Notes under the pieces: generated by a model | Databases searched by the model: none | The model's input: the letters and a program-made list of their open reading frames with translations, nothing else | What the model was told of the DNA's origin: nothing | Shown: in pieces, positions 40,026 to 53,679 of the stretch | Position numbering within the stretch: the first letter of the stretch is position 1 | Layout: each line of letters starts with the position of its first letter | Position numbers and translations under genes: made by a program | Source: Octopus sinensis | Lineage: Eukaryota | Length of the DNA: 64,000 bases | Assembly (NCBI RefSeq): GCF_006345805.1 | Contig: NC_043016.1 | Location: 23,498,001 to 23,562,000, forward strand | Direction of reading: 5' to 3'

Positions 40026-40072
<47 letters not shown>

Positions 40073-40419
40073 CAAGGTTCTTTCAATTTCCATCTACCAA
40101 ATCCACTCGCAAGGCTTTTGTCAGCCCAAGGCTATATAGTAGAAGACACTTGCTCAAGATGCCACACAGTGGTATCGAACCCCTGGAACCATGTGTTTGA
40201 GAAGTTTGAATCTCAGTTACAAATATAATTTGTGGGAGATTTGGTTGCTCTTTGTAGTAGGTTGAGTAATCATGTAGAGGCTTCCTTAACATAATTAGGT
40301 TGAAGTAGTTTAAGGTGGCAGAGAATGTTGACTAGAAAAACTGGTACAGAGATGTAAAGAGAGACTACAGTGTGTTTGATAAGTGCCATGCAATTTTGTA
40401 ACTTTTCCTAATTACAGAT

Positions 40420-41275
40420 TATTAGATGGTAGAATTGTTAGTGCAATGGACAAAATTCTTAGCATTTCTTCCAACTTTTTATGCTCTCAGTTCAAATTCT
40501 GATGAGGTCAGTTTTGCCTTTCATCTTTTTTGTGGTCGATAGAATAAAGTACCAGTTAAGTACTAGGAATTATGTAGTCGACCGACCTCTTTGCCCTAAA
40601 ATTGATGGCTTTGTGCCAAAATTTGAATCCATTAATATTATTAAGGTGATGAAGTAGCAGAATTGTTAGCATGGTGGTGAGCTGGCAGAAACGTTAGCAC
40701 GCCGGGCGAAATGCTTCGCGGTATTTCATCTGCCGCTACGTTCTGAGTTCAAATTCCACCAAGGTCGACTTTGCCTTTCATCCTTTCGGGGTCAATTAAA
40801 TAAGTACCTATTTCTTTATTACCCACACGGGGCTAAACATAGAGGGGACAAACAAGGACAGACATAGGTATTAAGTCGATTACATCGACCCCAGTGCGGA
40901 ACTGGTACTTAATTTATCGACCCTGAAAGGATGAAAGGCAAAGTCAACCTCGGCGGAATTTGAACTCACAACGTAACGACAGACGAAATACCGCTAAGCA
41001 TTTCATCCGGCGTGCTAATGTTTCTGCCAGCTCGCCAGTACCAGTTACGCACTGGGGTCAACATAATCGACTTAATCTGTTTGTCTGTCCTAGTTTGTCT
41101 CCTCTGTATGTAGCCCCTTGTGTGGGCAGCAAAGAAATAAGAATTGTTAGCATCCTGGAAAAACTGCCACTAAGTATTTTATCTGTCTTTATGTTCTGAG
41201 TTCAAATTCTACCAAGGCCAAACTTTGCCCTTTCATCCTTTCAAGGTTAATAAAATAAGTATCAGTTGAGCACTG
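40420..41275. mobile_element. Family C SINE cluster including an antisense copy (40809-41036) nested in a sense copy
   Basis: Target-site duplication agtacc at 40803-40808 and 41037-41042. Confidence 0.85.
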
Positions 41276-42030
41276 AGTGTGTCTGTGGGTTGGGGTGGAA
41301 GTGTTTATGCATGATTTTTACAAATAGACTTCACTCAGCAAAACAAACAACAAATGCATGTTTTAAAATTTGCATGTAGACTGTGACACGCATAATCTCT
41401 CATTAATGCACTTACTATTTTACACACAAATATACACTCAGTTGATTCTTCTTGATATCTCTTGATTGATGGCAGTGATTGAATCTGGCCTTGGAGCAGC
41501 AGTTGGAGTGAACTTCATGATGGTGACGGTTGCAGTGGCAGCGGCAGTGGTGATGGTGGAGGTGGAGGTGGTTGCTGCAGTGGTGGTGGTGGTGGCAGTA
41601 ATAGCGGTGGTGGTCAAGCTGACCTATGAACAAAGACATTCCAACTCTGACCATCCTATCTTTCTGGTGCAGTCTATCCGGGACTACATAATCCAATGTC
41701 TCCTTTCTATTTCTAGCCAGTCAAGTGACCACTTAGAGGCTCCTTCATTGGTTCATTGAGCTCAGAGTTCATGATTGTTGATGATGATGATGATGATAAT
41801 GATGTTATCGTTCTTGATTATAATTTATGATGATAGTGATTTTGTAAATATTTCTGTTGGTGGTGATGAAGATGATGATAATGATGGTGATGAAGGAAAG
41901 GGAAAAGACATGGTCTTCTCCATTTATCACACACAAACACTCGCTCACACAAACACTCGCTCACTCACACACACACATCTCATACATGATTGCAATCCGT
42001 ACCACCAACCTTTCTCTTTCTCAGCCATTA

Positions 42031-42082
<52 letters not shown>

Positions 42083-43199
42083 GCAGCAGGTCTATAAGAG
42101 ATATTGATTAATTGATCTGATTAATCAACTAGTCTACAATAACCACCACCACCACCACCATTGTCAGCAGCAACACCATCTTCACTGCCAACACCACCAC
42201 CACCACCACCACCACCACCACCATCATATGAAACACCAGTTCAATGTTTTGTACAATTTATAACAATTTTCAACATTTGTTTTAAAATTAGATTCTATTC
42301 ATGTCTTGTGGTAAATCAATATGTGTGTGTGTGTGTGTGTATGAGAGAGAGAATGTGTGTGTAGTGGGGAAAGTATAGTACCATGTTGTTGCCCTAGCAG
42401 TTATTATAGTGTTGTTAGTATGTTGATAGTGTTTTTTGTTTTGTTGTACTGGTAGCAAGCATTTGTGGTATTGGAGGGAGTGTTGTTGTTGTTGTTGTTG
42501 GTGTTGCTGCTGTTTAGCCCTAGGTCAGGCAAATTCAGCAAGTCTATAACAAACAGCACTCAAGCCAAAGCCAAAACCAGCCCATTTTCATTTTTACAGA
42601 TGCAATAATCCATTTAAAATTTCACAGTTTAAAATATCTATGAATTTTACAAGAAAGGTAGATATTATGGCGGTGCCCCAGCATGGCCACAGCTCATAGG
42701 CTGAAACTAGAATCAATCATTAGTTTCCCTGTTTTACCTTTCTCTTTCTTTTTCCGTTTTTTACAGGAATTTTGGCTTCTGTTTCTTGCAGTTCAGTTGA
42801 CTCGATCATAGTAGAGTGGGTGGTAAAGTATGGTAAAGGGTTGTGCAGGCCAGTAGTACAGTGATGACTAATATAGTTCAGTATTGTTATGTCATACAAC
42901 ATAGTATTGTGTGTCATAGTATAACAGAGTAGTGTAGTACAACATGGTATACTTTATTGTAGTACATTGTAACATGATGTGGTGTAACATGGTGTAACAT
43001 GGTGTGTTGTACATCATGTGGAGACATGTATTTTTCAATCCCATGTCAGCTCTGATTTGATGACGCCTATGATTAAAGGTGTACCAGACATAAGAATTAT
43101 TTTCTTTCTTTCTTTATTTATTTAGACAATGTTTCAAGAATTATGTCATTGTATGTGACATTAAATTGTGCTCCTTTATGTTCACTCTGCAACTCCACC

Positions 43200-43700
43200 T
43201 CCACCCAACACGAAGAAGCATTGGGTGACAAACATTCTCCATCCAAAAATGGTTGCAAGCCCTGTCATGAGCTCACTCCTAGACCAGGCTCATATCTTCC
43301 AGGTCTTCCACTACAGTACTCCAGCAGGACTTGACAAATCTTCCCCCATTCCATCTCACCATTTTTGGCTTTCATTTAAGAGGAGGCTATCACTGGTCTC
43401 TTTGTTGGCATGAATAACTAAGAATCTTGGTCTTATTCATAGTAATGGTATTGCCCAACCTGGCTGTTTCCATGACATCTTCATTTATGATGTCATGGCC
43501 AAAGAAATTCTTACTTTGGTCTCAAGACAATGTCTATGGAAGACATCTGTAAATTCTATCTGTAAACTCTGCTGGAATGATTTGTTCATCATCATGGTGC
43601 CAAAGTTAATTTTAGTCTATAACCAAAGATCTCATATCTATATGCTTCCATATTTTTGGCAATTTGAAATTGACCTGGCACTAGCTTCAAGTAGGAACAT
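43200..43700 (-). mobile_element. Old RTE-like LINE 3' remnant
   Basis: Minus-strand STVVEDLEDMSLV*E*AHDRAC..WRMFV resembles the WRRTV..DL....W.E....A.DR..WR..V C-terminal motif. Confidence 0.5.
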
Positions 43701-43909
43701 TGTCAACTGGAAGTAGTGGCAATAATAGTTGTTGCAGCAGCAGATTTAATCCCAGGTCAGCTCTAATATACATACGTATGTGTATGTTCATAAGCATAGC
43801 TGTGTGGTTTAGAAGCCTACTTCCCAACCAGGTAGCCTTGGGCAAGTGTCTTCTACTATAGTCTTGTGAGTGAATTTGCTACATAGAAATTGTAAGAAGC
43901 CCATTGTTT

Positions 43910-44558
43910 GAGGCAGATCCAGCTGGTTTTCTTGAATGTTTCCTAATCCAGGATGAGTGCCGAGTTTATCACTTTGAGCCAGAGACAGAAATAATCCATG
44001 CAGTGGAAATACTCCTCCTGCTCCCAAAAAAGTCAAGGCTGTATCATCTGCAGAGAATGTGATAGTCAATAAACACAATGCCTTTTGTATCCCCCCAAAA
44101 TTAGACTATCTTCAGATAAGGTACACCATCAATGGAGAGTACCTTGCCAACTTGCTGAAGTTATTACGAAAGGCTATCAAGACCAAAAGTTCAGGAGAAG
44201 TGACAAAAGGGGTCTTGTTTCATCAGGACAATGCTCCAGCACACAAGTTCCTTGCTGCTGTGTGTGACTGTGGTTTTGAACTGATTGACTACTATCCCTT
44301 TTCTCTTGATCTAGCCCCATGTGACTATCATCTGTTCCCCAACCTAAAAAACACTCGGCTGTGAAGCATATCGCAGTGATGATGTCTTTTCTGTTGCTGA
44401 TAACTTTTTTTGATGAACAAGATGAATGTTTCTTCCCTAATGAGGCTCGAGCACTGCAACAGCGATAAAGAAGTTTGTGGACCACAAGGGGAACTATGAT
44501 GATCACATTCTATGAGAGAATGTTGGTCAGCCTATGAACTATTCAGCTGACCCTTGTA
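43910..44558 (+). mobile_element. Mariner transposase remnant (DDD domain) with right TIR
   Basis: FLIQDE..YHFEPET; TINGEYLANLL..KAIKTK..GVLFHQDNAPAH..YPFSLDLAPCDYHLFPNLK; ends gaactattcagctgacccttg|TA. Confidence 0.9.
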
Positions 44559-44712
44559 CTGATTTGTTGTTGTTTTACTGACCTCTGGAAACACCCATGG
44601 CAAGTTGACCTCTCCATGACTGAACATTTGAAATCAATTACCATTATATTGCACGATTTTTTTTTAGGTAATGAACATTCTTTCACTTTTTGGTAATTAC
44701 ATTTCCACACAC

Positions 44713-44751
<39 letters not shown>

Positions 44752-44983
44752 ATTCACATACATAGCAACCCTAGTTGCTAATCGTGACTTATAAAATAAC
44801 TTTTTTCAGCTTATCGAACTTCAATATGGGAAAAACCTACAACCTTCTCTGTCAATAAACTACTGTTCTTCCTGAAAGTTGTTTTTTATACCTACTACAG
44901 ACTGTTCAAAGCTTACTAACTTCCTACATTTTGATCCTTTGATCTTAACTTTACATATTACCATATATATCTGTTATATATAT

Positions 44984-45021
<38 letters not shown>

Positions 45022-45493
45022 ATGTAGCACAGCTGCTTATTCCAGTATTATTTGAATCTCTCTCTCTGTAATATATTTAATAGAAAATTTCTTACATGTT
45101 TATCCAACATCTACAACTTTGTAATTCCTGTTAACAAATGAAACATGTGCAATGGTGAATAATGCCAAAAACCTTTTCCAATTTTCTGCTTTGTTATATA
45201 GTCTTATATGGTCATGGTAATTTTAATGTCCACTTTTTTATGCTTGCATTGGTCGGATGGAATTTATTGAGGTAGATTTTCTACTGCCAGATGCTCATCC
45301 TCACTTGTTGCTAAGTAAGATAATGTTTCCCCATGGCCAGACATGCTTTCATGGAAGATTGGAAGTGAAGGGCGACTTGTATGACTGACACTCAATGACA
45401 GCCATCATGTGATGTAAAGGAAAGAAGACATTACCATACAAATATACACGCAATCATATATATAGTGTACATTTATATATATATATATATATA

Positions 45494-45751
45494 TAGTGTA
45501 CATTTAAACACATAAGAGATGGCCATAACAGGACATCTGACCCACTAGGAGTAGTTAAATCCCAAACCACTATTAGGGGTAATTTCGAAGGGAAGGGAAT
45601 GAAAAATAAAAACATTTATCCTCTATTTCCTCTATTTTATTTTTCATTCCCTTTCGAAGTTACCCCTAATAGTGGTTTGGAGTTTAACTACTCCTTTTAG
45701 CAGGTCAGATGCCCTGTTATGGCCACCTCTTATGTGTTTAAATGTACCCTG
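45494..45751. mobile_element. Tc1/mariner-type palindromic MITE
   Basis: About 115-bp arms (gtacatttaaacacataagag.. / ..ctcttatgtgtttaaatgtaccctg) with TA on both flanks; the right end reads CAGGGTAC on the minus strand. Confidence 0.8.
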
Positions 45752-48231
45752 TATTTTTATATGAATAATATATAGTCTTTTGACTAGGTTTTTTCTTCTC
45801 ACTAAACCACTGGTAGCAAAGAAATTTTCTTAATTTTTTTTTGCTACCCTGGAATTTATTAATAACACACACACACACAAGAAGTTGGGAAAATGGCAAC
45901 ATCACCTGCAGGATTTGCATGCAATGTCTGCTGTAAAAACTGTAATGTACAAATGTGTTAAATACTACACCAAAGTGATACTACAACTTTGACAGTCCCA
46001 ATTAGAAGACTTAACCTAAATACCTATATTCACAACAAAAAAAGCAAAGGTAGTATTAAGAATATATATAATGAAATTGTAACAAAATAACTAATAAAAC
46101 TTTTAAATGTGTGTGTGTATATGAGTTTATATGTATATCTATTATCAAAAGTATCTCAGCTGTTGCCATTTTATATTTTTCTATCCTAAGTACTGTTCAA
46201 TGCCCCTATTTCTTTCTTTTGTGATTTGAAGAATATTAGGTTTCTATTTCTAGCAGGTCGTTCCTCTGTGTAGAGGTTCTCATCTCTGGTAGTGATGGAT
46301 GTGGTGCGATTTTGAAGAGCATTCTAGTGAAGATATCAAAATGTTTTGTGCATGAGCATTCAGAAAACCACTGGAAAGGAGCAAGTGGAGAGTGTGTGGG
46401 TGGTAGGAATAAATAAACAATCAATAATTTAGAAGAAAAGTAAAAATTACAATACAACAGTTGGAGTGCAGATTTGTTTTTTTATTTACTTTGCTATTAT
46501 TAGAAACCACCATTATTATTAAGAGATGATTGTCAGTAACAACTAAAAAAAAAAAAAAGAAATATCAAGAATCATTACGTCAGGCAAAATGTCTTGCAGT
46601 ATTTAGTTGTGGCTCTTTATGCTCTGAGTTCAAATCTTACAAAGATCAACATTGCCTTTCTTTTTTTCTGGTGAGAATAAATAAAGTACCAGTCAATCAG
46701 CTAGCCCCTGCCCCCAAAATTTGTAGTTTTGTGACTATGTGTGTTTAAGAAGTTTGCTACAAGACCCTGTAATTTCAAACTTTGTCTTACTTCATGGCAT
46801 CTTGGGGAAAATGTTATCCACTCTAGCTCTGAGCCAACCAAAGCTTTGTGGGTGGATTTGAGAGACAAAGACTGAAAGCAGTCTATCATATACATGTATG
46901 TGAGTATGTGAAGGCGCATAGCTAAGTGGTTAGGATATTCAGTTTACAATCATAAGGTCATGATTTTGATTCTTGGCTGTACGTTGTGTCATTGAGTAAG
47001 ACACTTTGTTTCATGTTGCTCCAGTCCACTTAGCTGCTAAAAATGAGTGGTACCTGTGTCACACTGGATCTCTCTGAGTACTACATTAAGGGTACATGTG
47101 TCTGTGGAGTGCTGCAGCACTTGCATGTTAATTTCATGAGCAGGCTGTTCTGTTGATCAGATCAGCTGGAAACTGCACAAGTGATTGAGTGCCAGTCATA
47201 TATATCTCATTATCATTTAATGTTTGTAGATATATATATATATTTATCTGTGCATGTGTACTTGTCTGAGTGTTGCCATTGTACAAATGGTGTCCATTAT
47301 TTTCAGACCTCTCTGAAAACATGTCTGGCTATGTAGAAGTATTATTTTGCTTGGAAGCAGGTGAGGGTTGGCAATAGGAAGAGCATCTGATTGTAGGGAA
47401 TCTATCTCAATGAATTCCTTCTGACTCATGCAAGTATAGAAAAGTGAACATTAAAACAATGATGTTGATGATGATTTGGTGTGTAATTTGATCATTCTGG
47501 CTAAGGCCATGCAGTGGTGGTACCTGACTACATCTCTGTGATGACTCCAGAGTTCGAGTATGTCATGTATCAGTATAGTGTGCAACCTTACTGTACACTT
47601 CATCATGCAGTTCAGTGTATAAAGTACAGAAGTGTATAGAATATTTATAAAACATTATTAATGTGTTGGTGACTGAGAAGAAGTTAGCTAGTGATGTTTG
47701 GAGTTATTGTGGCATTTATGTATGTTTAGTAGTTGTCTTGGTATGGCTGAGTGATTAAGAAGTTCCACTTTGCAATCATAAGTTCCAGGTTCAGTCCCTA
47801 TGCATCTTAGACAAATGTCTTTTACTCTGTCCTTGGGTTTGTCAGAGTTTTGCGATTGAAATTGGGTAGACAGAAACTGTGTGGAAGCCTGTGTGTTTTA
47901 ATTTAGATCACTTTCAAATAGCAAGTTTGTGTGTTGAACCAGTGGCAATCACAGGCAGGTTGATATCATATTTTGCAGCATGCTAAATGCTGCATTGTGG
48001 AAGGCATATCCTGATTACGGAAATGTAATTCTAGGTAAAATATTTTTTTATACTAACCAAAGCTCAATGGTCATGTCCAATGGGTACCCACTAAATGCCT
48101 GTTATCAAACATAATTGGAGAAACCAGCAGAGTGTATATGCCCATTGTTGAGCAAAATCACCAAAGACCACCTTTCCAGGTGGTTTACTCTCAGGCATTA
48201 TTGTAGTTACACAACATGATGTTCACTTTAA

Positions 48232-49298
48232 CCCTTTCGTTACTATATTTCTGACCAAAATACACCCCTTATGTGTTTCAATTAATTTCTAACGTAATCA
48301 TAAATTTAGTCTGGTTTCATTAAACAACTATAACTTTTTTATTTATCAATATATTAACATGAATTTTGGAAGATAATTTAATGAAAAGTTCTCAACCAAT
48401 TCTATACTATAATTTTTGGCACAAAGTGACTCTAATTGCAGGTAGATACAGGTAAATTCAACAAAATATAAAATTATTAAAATTTTGTTCAAACATCGCT
48501 ATAGAAAATGGGTTATTAGCTAATATTCAATAGGGTATACAAGAAAATTTTACGATAGAATTTGTTATTCTGGGTAACTTTCTGATACCCATAATAATAT
48601 TTATGGCAAAATAGTCTTAATTTCATTTAAGGTTATGGGAAACCACTTTCTTTCGTTTTGTTTACATTTAGCGTAACGGTTCGTTTCCGCCGTAATGATT
48701 TCAAATAGGCTCATTCGAAAAAGTAAGAAGAAATAGTCTAAGGCTTTACTCTTCTGGGAAAGTCTGTGGCTTGGTCCAGTTTCTTCAGAAAAATCACCGA
48801 AAGAAACAGTTTTTAAATTTTCACTCCATTCAGGTGCCAATTCATTTTCTTTATCGCTGTCGGAGCTCTCGGATTCACTGTTTTCACTTTCGGAAAATGA
48901 AACATCAGATTCATTATCAAATACCACATGCTTTTTTTTTTCAGTCATAGAGTTAGATTTATGAAGGTCTTCAGTAGAAAATCCTTCGAATTCTGACTCG
49001 CTGCTTGATATAATGAAATTCGTATCCATTTTTTGTCAGAATTACAAATTTTGAAAACACAATAGGAACAAATTTCGAAAAAAAATCTCCCAAAATTCAC
49101 GGAATTAAAATTACACTTCGATTTTTGTACAAAACTGTAGTTGAACTCTTTACGAAGTATAATACGTATTTTCATGAATGTACTAAAGAGATTTGCTCTG
49201 ATATTCTCATTTAAATATGAATAGGTAAATTCGGGTGGCTTTGGGCAGCTTGGTCACATTAACCAAAATTTTTTTCGGGCGGTTTGGTAACGAAAGGG
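48232..49298 (-). mobile_element. Internally deleted piggyBac element, TTAA TSDs intact
   Basis: TTAA|ccctttcgttac ... gtaacgaaaggg|TTAA. Minus-strand ORF 48601-49029 (142 aa): acidic N-terminus, then FSEETGP..LDYFFLLF..IITAETNRYA..W..ITLNEIK, a piggyBac N-terminal signature. Confidence 0.9.
48601..49029 (-). pseudogene. Truncated piggyBac transposase N-terminus (no catalytic DDD domain)
   Basis: Open 142-aa frame from ATG, ending at the internal deletion breakpoint. Confidence 0.8.
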
Positions 49299-51423
49299 TT
49301 AACTGCTCTGTGTGCAACATACTGTGGGGATTGTATCACACTGTTACCAATCACTCTGTTGATTTCAGAAAATCACACCAACTTCTCAGATAGCATCATG
49401 GAAGATAAATGGTAATCTTCAGGATACATTTTTTTTTTACAAAAAGTGTCTTCCATGCCACAAAATACAGTAAAATGGCTGATAGGAAAGTGAACAGTAA
49501 AATGAGGGACTTATAACAGGTCCACACTGTCACAGTGTACCTCACCAGTGGGAGATGTCTGCATATTATAAAATATCTGATAAAAATGGGATGATCATGG
49601 CTGGAACATCTTTGCTCATAAGTCTGCTTAATCAAGGTTGACTTGGATTGGGATGGCGGTGCTAAGCATCAATAACCACAATATAGCAACAGATGATATT
49701 GAAGGGTGTAAGATTAATGAGTTGCTCTTTAGTGATTGGTTTAAGTGATTAGCTACCTTTATGCAGAGCTGATCAATGATAATCAGCACCCCCACCACCA
49801 CCACTTTATTCCACAACCACTATATCGACATGGTAACAACAACATAGCTGAGCATCATAACCCCACTCTCTGAAAGTGATCAGCTACCTCTGTTCAGAGC
49901 TAACCAAAAATAGTTAATCATCATTATCTTTATCAACAACAACAACAACAACAATAGCAGCCACAACACCTTCCCCGACTCCATGACCACTGTATGGACA
50001 TAATATATAGCATCACAGCTGTGTATCATAACAGCACCCTCTGAAAGCCAGTTCTCATCATCTAATATAATTAATTAATTAGATCTCCAGTGTTTTCATC
50101 AATGAATAGTATTCTAGTTGTTCTATCGAATCATTAGGTTACTGTTAACTGGCTGAGTATTCCATACATATGTGTACCCTTAACATATTTCTCAGTCAGT
50201 TTTGGCATGACAATGCCTTGCCCATCATCACTACTTCCTTGTTGCCATGGAAGATAATAATATTTCCCCATACCCTAGACATGCTGTCCACACAAGACTG
50301 GAAACAAACAGCCTTGTTTGTATGACAGTAAGTTGACTTACTATGTTTTTTGTAGGACAATGGATATTCAAATTCCTTTGACCATGCTGCATACATAGTA
50401 GAAATATGATATTGGAAATTTTTCAACTTTTCATTATACAGCAACATATCATCATCCTTTAACAACTGTTTTCCATGATGGCATGGATTGGACAGTTTGG
50501 CTGGAGCTGGTAAGCCAGGGAGCTGTACCACACTCCAATCTGTTTTGGGTTGGATGCCTTACCTATTACCAACCACTCTACAAAGTGTACTGGGTGTCTT
50601 TTACGTGTCACTGGCGTGGGTGCCTTTTATGTGTCATTAGCGCTGGCCACAACCACGATTTCACTTTTATCATAACACAGTAATATGAAAAAATAGGATA
50701 ACTTTTTCAATTTTTTGCACTTATCTCTGTTTCTTGTTTTTTTGTTTTTTTTTTGTCTAACTGTGTTTTGTAATGCTCATTTACAACTATTACATGATGT
50801 CAAAACAAAGTACATGCATACTCTGGCAAAACATACACATACACTTGATGGGCTTCTTTCATTTTCATCTACGAAATCCATTCAAGGCTTTGGTCAGTCT
50901 GGGGTTATGATAGAAGACACTTGTCCAAGATGTAACATAGTGAAGCTGAACCCAAAACTGTTTGGTGGAGAAGTCTACTTCTTAGCCACACAATGATGCC
51001 TGCACACATCCACAAAACCTTGCCTGTACCTCTCACTTTTTCCATATATATATATATATATAGGTTAATATATATATATATATATATATATTAACCTATC
51101 TTCTACAGCAGCAGCGTTAAGGTTGCTCCTCCTGGAGAAGTGGATTGGTCTGCAAGAGTCTTGTGCCAGTGCTGGTGCACATAGAATCACCTAGCACACT
51201 GTAAAGTGGTTGGCATTAGGAAGGGCATCTAGCAGAAGAAACCAAGCCAAATCAGATTGGAGCCTGGTGCAGCTCTCTGGTTTGCCAGCTCTAGTCAAAC
51301 TGTCCGACCCATCCTACCATGGAAAACAAACATTAGATGGTGAAGATGATGATATGAGTGAGACAGTAAAAGTGATGGTGATTTCAAATGAAAGCACAAG
51401 GATGTGATGTTTGCTGCATTCTT

Positions 51424-51689
51424 GTTTCATTCTTGTGTTGTCGATGTATCTAGTTAATTTATACATTTTTACACAGCTTTGTCTGAAAGAGGATGTCGGT
51501 GACTCTGAGATTGATGAAGGTTTGAAAGTATCCTCAAACCAGAGACCTGACCCAAATGCTTGCAACATTGTAAGTTTAAACCCTGCCACCCAAGGACCAG
51601 TGGTGTTAAAAGCAGGCAATAGATTAAGTCTACGTCCTTAGGTAAACTTAAGCACCTAGATTGCAAAGAACTGAAATAATTACCACAGG
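51424..51689 (+). other. Duplicated cassette copy 1, containing a 93-nt exon-like segment (51477-51569)
   Basis: ..ttatacatttttacacAG | LCLKEDVGDSEIDEGLKVSSNQRPDPNACNI | GTAAGT; open in phase 0-0. Confidence 0.4.
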
Positions 51690-53059
51690 CAATCACTTGT
51701 CATTCTTACAATGAGAAATGCAGTAAACCAGTGATTGATGGAAATGTAACCAATAGTGCTGTTGATTTGCGTGTGTGTGCATTCTAAATGTGTATTTAGA
51801 ATAAAAAGTAGAAAAGCATGCATTTCAAATATAGTTCATAATTTCCTTGTTGTGCTCAAAATCTGTTTCAGTGGCATAAAACATTATTATTTGTATAATT
51901 ATGCTGTTGAAATACCCCAGTTAAATTATATGATACCTATATTGTTGAGAGGAAGTATATGTCTTTTTTTCTTTTTTTTTTTTTTCTCATTGAAACAGTT
52001 GTAGAGGATAATGAAATTATGAACTACATGTAAAATTTTATACACTTCTGCTTTTTATTCTAAATATGCTACTCTTAATCATCATTTTAACTAACTCTGA
52101 ATACACTAATTTATTCCACCAAGATTTACCTCATTATATTAATACATTTGTGTTTTACACTGTGCTATCAATTTGATCTCTTAATTACCATCGATATATA
52201 TATATAATAATAATAATTAATAATAATAGTAATAATAATAATAATAATTCTGCTTGCATTGTATTACTTAGCCCATCAGTAATGCTTTCGTGTGATTAGA
52301 GAAAAGAGGGAGAGAGAAGCATCCATGACATGAGGTAGAGGGAATGTAATTGTAATGCTTTCATGTGGTTAATTGAAAGGAAAGAGAGGAGAGATAAAAA
52401 GAGGATAAGGTGAAGAGGGAGTCAGAAAGGGGGAGGAAAAAAAAGAGAGATAGAAAAAAGGTGGAAAGAGAAAAAGAGAGTGAGAGAAGCATTCATGTTG
52501 TGGGGTGGGAAGAACATAATAATTTTAGCAGAGGGGAGATGTTCTGATGGTAAGGTTAAAGGATGGAGAGAGATGGTGGTGTTGGTGGAGGTAGAGATGG
52601 AGGTGGTGGTGATTTGATAGTAAAATGTGTTTCTTATTTGTTTTACATTGAACTAAGTTTGTTATATCACTTAACACATGCACATAAGTGCAATTCCTTG
52701 AAATATTCACACTTGTTTACATGGCAGATATATGCAATTTTACTAAAGCTATCATGTTCAGGATATTTTTTTTTTTGTTTTGTTTAAGGGAGAAATGGAA
52801 AAATAAGAGTGAATATTTATTTTACGAGTGCTGTGAATTAAGTCTATAACATTGTGCATTAAGTGATCACCGTATTCCAATTTCTTTCACTTTTCAATGA
52901 GTAGCAGATGAGAAATTACCTTTCCATACAGGCACAACATAGGTTGTGCTTTCAGGGTTTGGGATAAAGTTTTCAGAGATAACCCAATAGGTTTACCATT
53001 AATTTTGTAAAATATTCATGAGTCCTGCTAGCATGCATGCATGCATGCATGCATGCATG

Positions 53060-53092
<33 letters not shown>

Positions 53093-53169
53093 GCATACAC
53101 ACACACACACATACACACACACACATACACACACACACACACAACACACACACACACACACACACACAC

Positions 53170-53385
53170 ACCAATCGTGGCTGTTTGCCAGCCTCCTTTG
53201 GCCCCTGTACCGGTGGCATGTAAAAAACACCCACTACACTCATGGAGTGGTTGGCATTAGGGAGGGCATCCAGCTGTAGAAACACTGCCAGATCAGACTG
53301 GAGCCTGATGCAGCCTCCTGCCTTCCCAGGTCCTGGTCGAACTGCCCAACCCATGCTAGCATGGGAAACGGACATTAAATGATGA
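53170..53385 (+). mobile_element. 5'-truncated RTE 3' tail inserted in (CA)n
   Basis: Homologous to 23120-23352. Confidence 0.85.
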
Positions 53386-53679
53386 TGATATATATATATA
53401 ACAGAGAGAGAGAGAGAGAGAGAGAGTAGTTTTGGTAAAGTATTGTGTGATATTACTTTGAAGAGATTTCTTGTGTCAGGCAGGAACAATGTGAGAAGAT
53501 ACAAAGTAAACCACTTTTCTTTTCCCTTTTGTAGTTGACTTTGTCCTTTCTAGCATTGTTCTGGCCTTACATGACAAATCTTTTTAGAATATATATAAAT
53601 GTATATGTATGCATATATGTCTATGTATATATAGCTATTGTACATGTTTATATTTGTGGTGTTGATAACTGGTGGGGTA

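Noticed and set aside
46236-46457. Overlapping open frames on both strands with a possible acceptor at ~46257
   Set aside because: No recognisable domain or convincing donor; the length is within chance expectation.
53028-53504. Long ORFs rich in CV/HT/YI (also 3808-4255, 19307-19737, 41415-42111 and others)
   Set aside because: Read-through of (CA)n, (TA)n, (CT)n and trinucleotide microsatellites; not genes.
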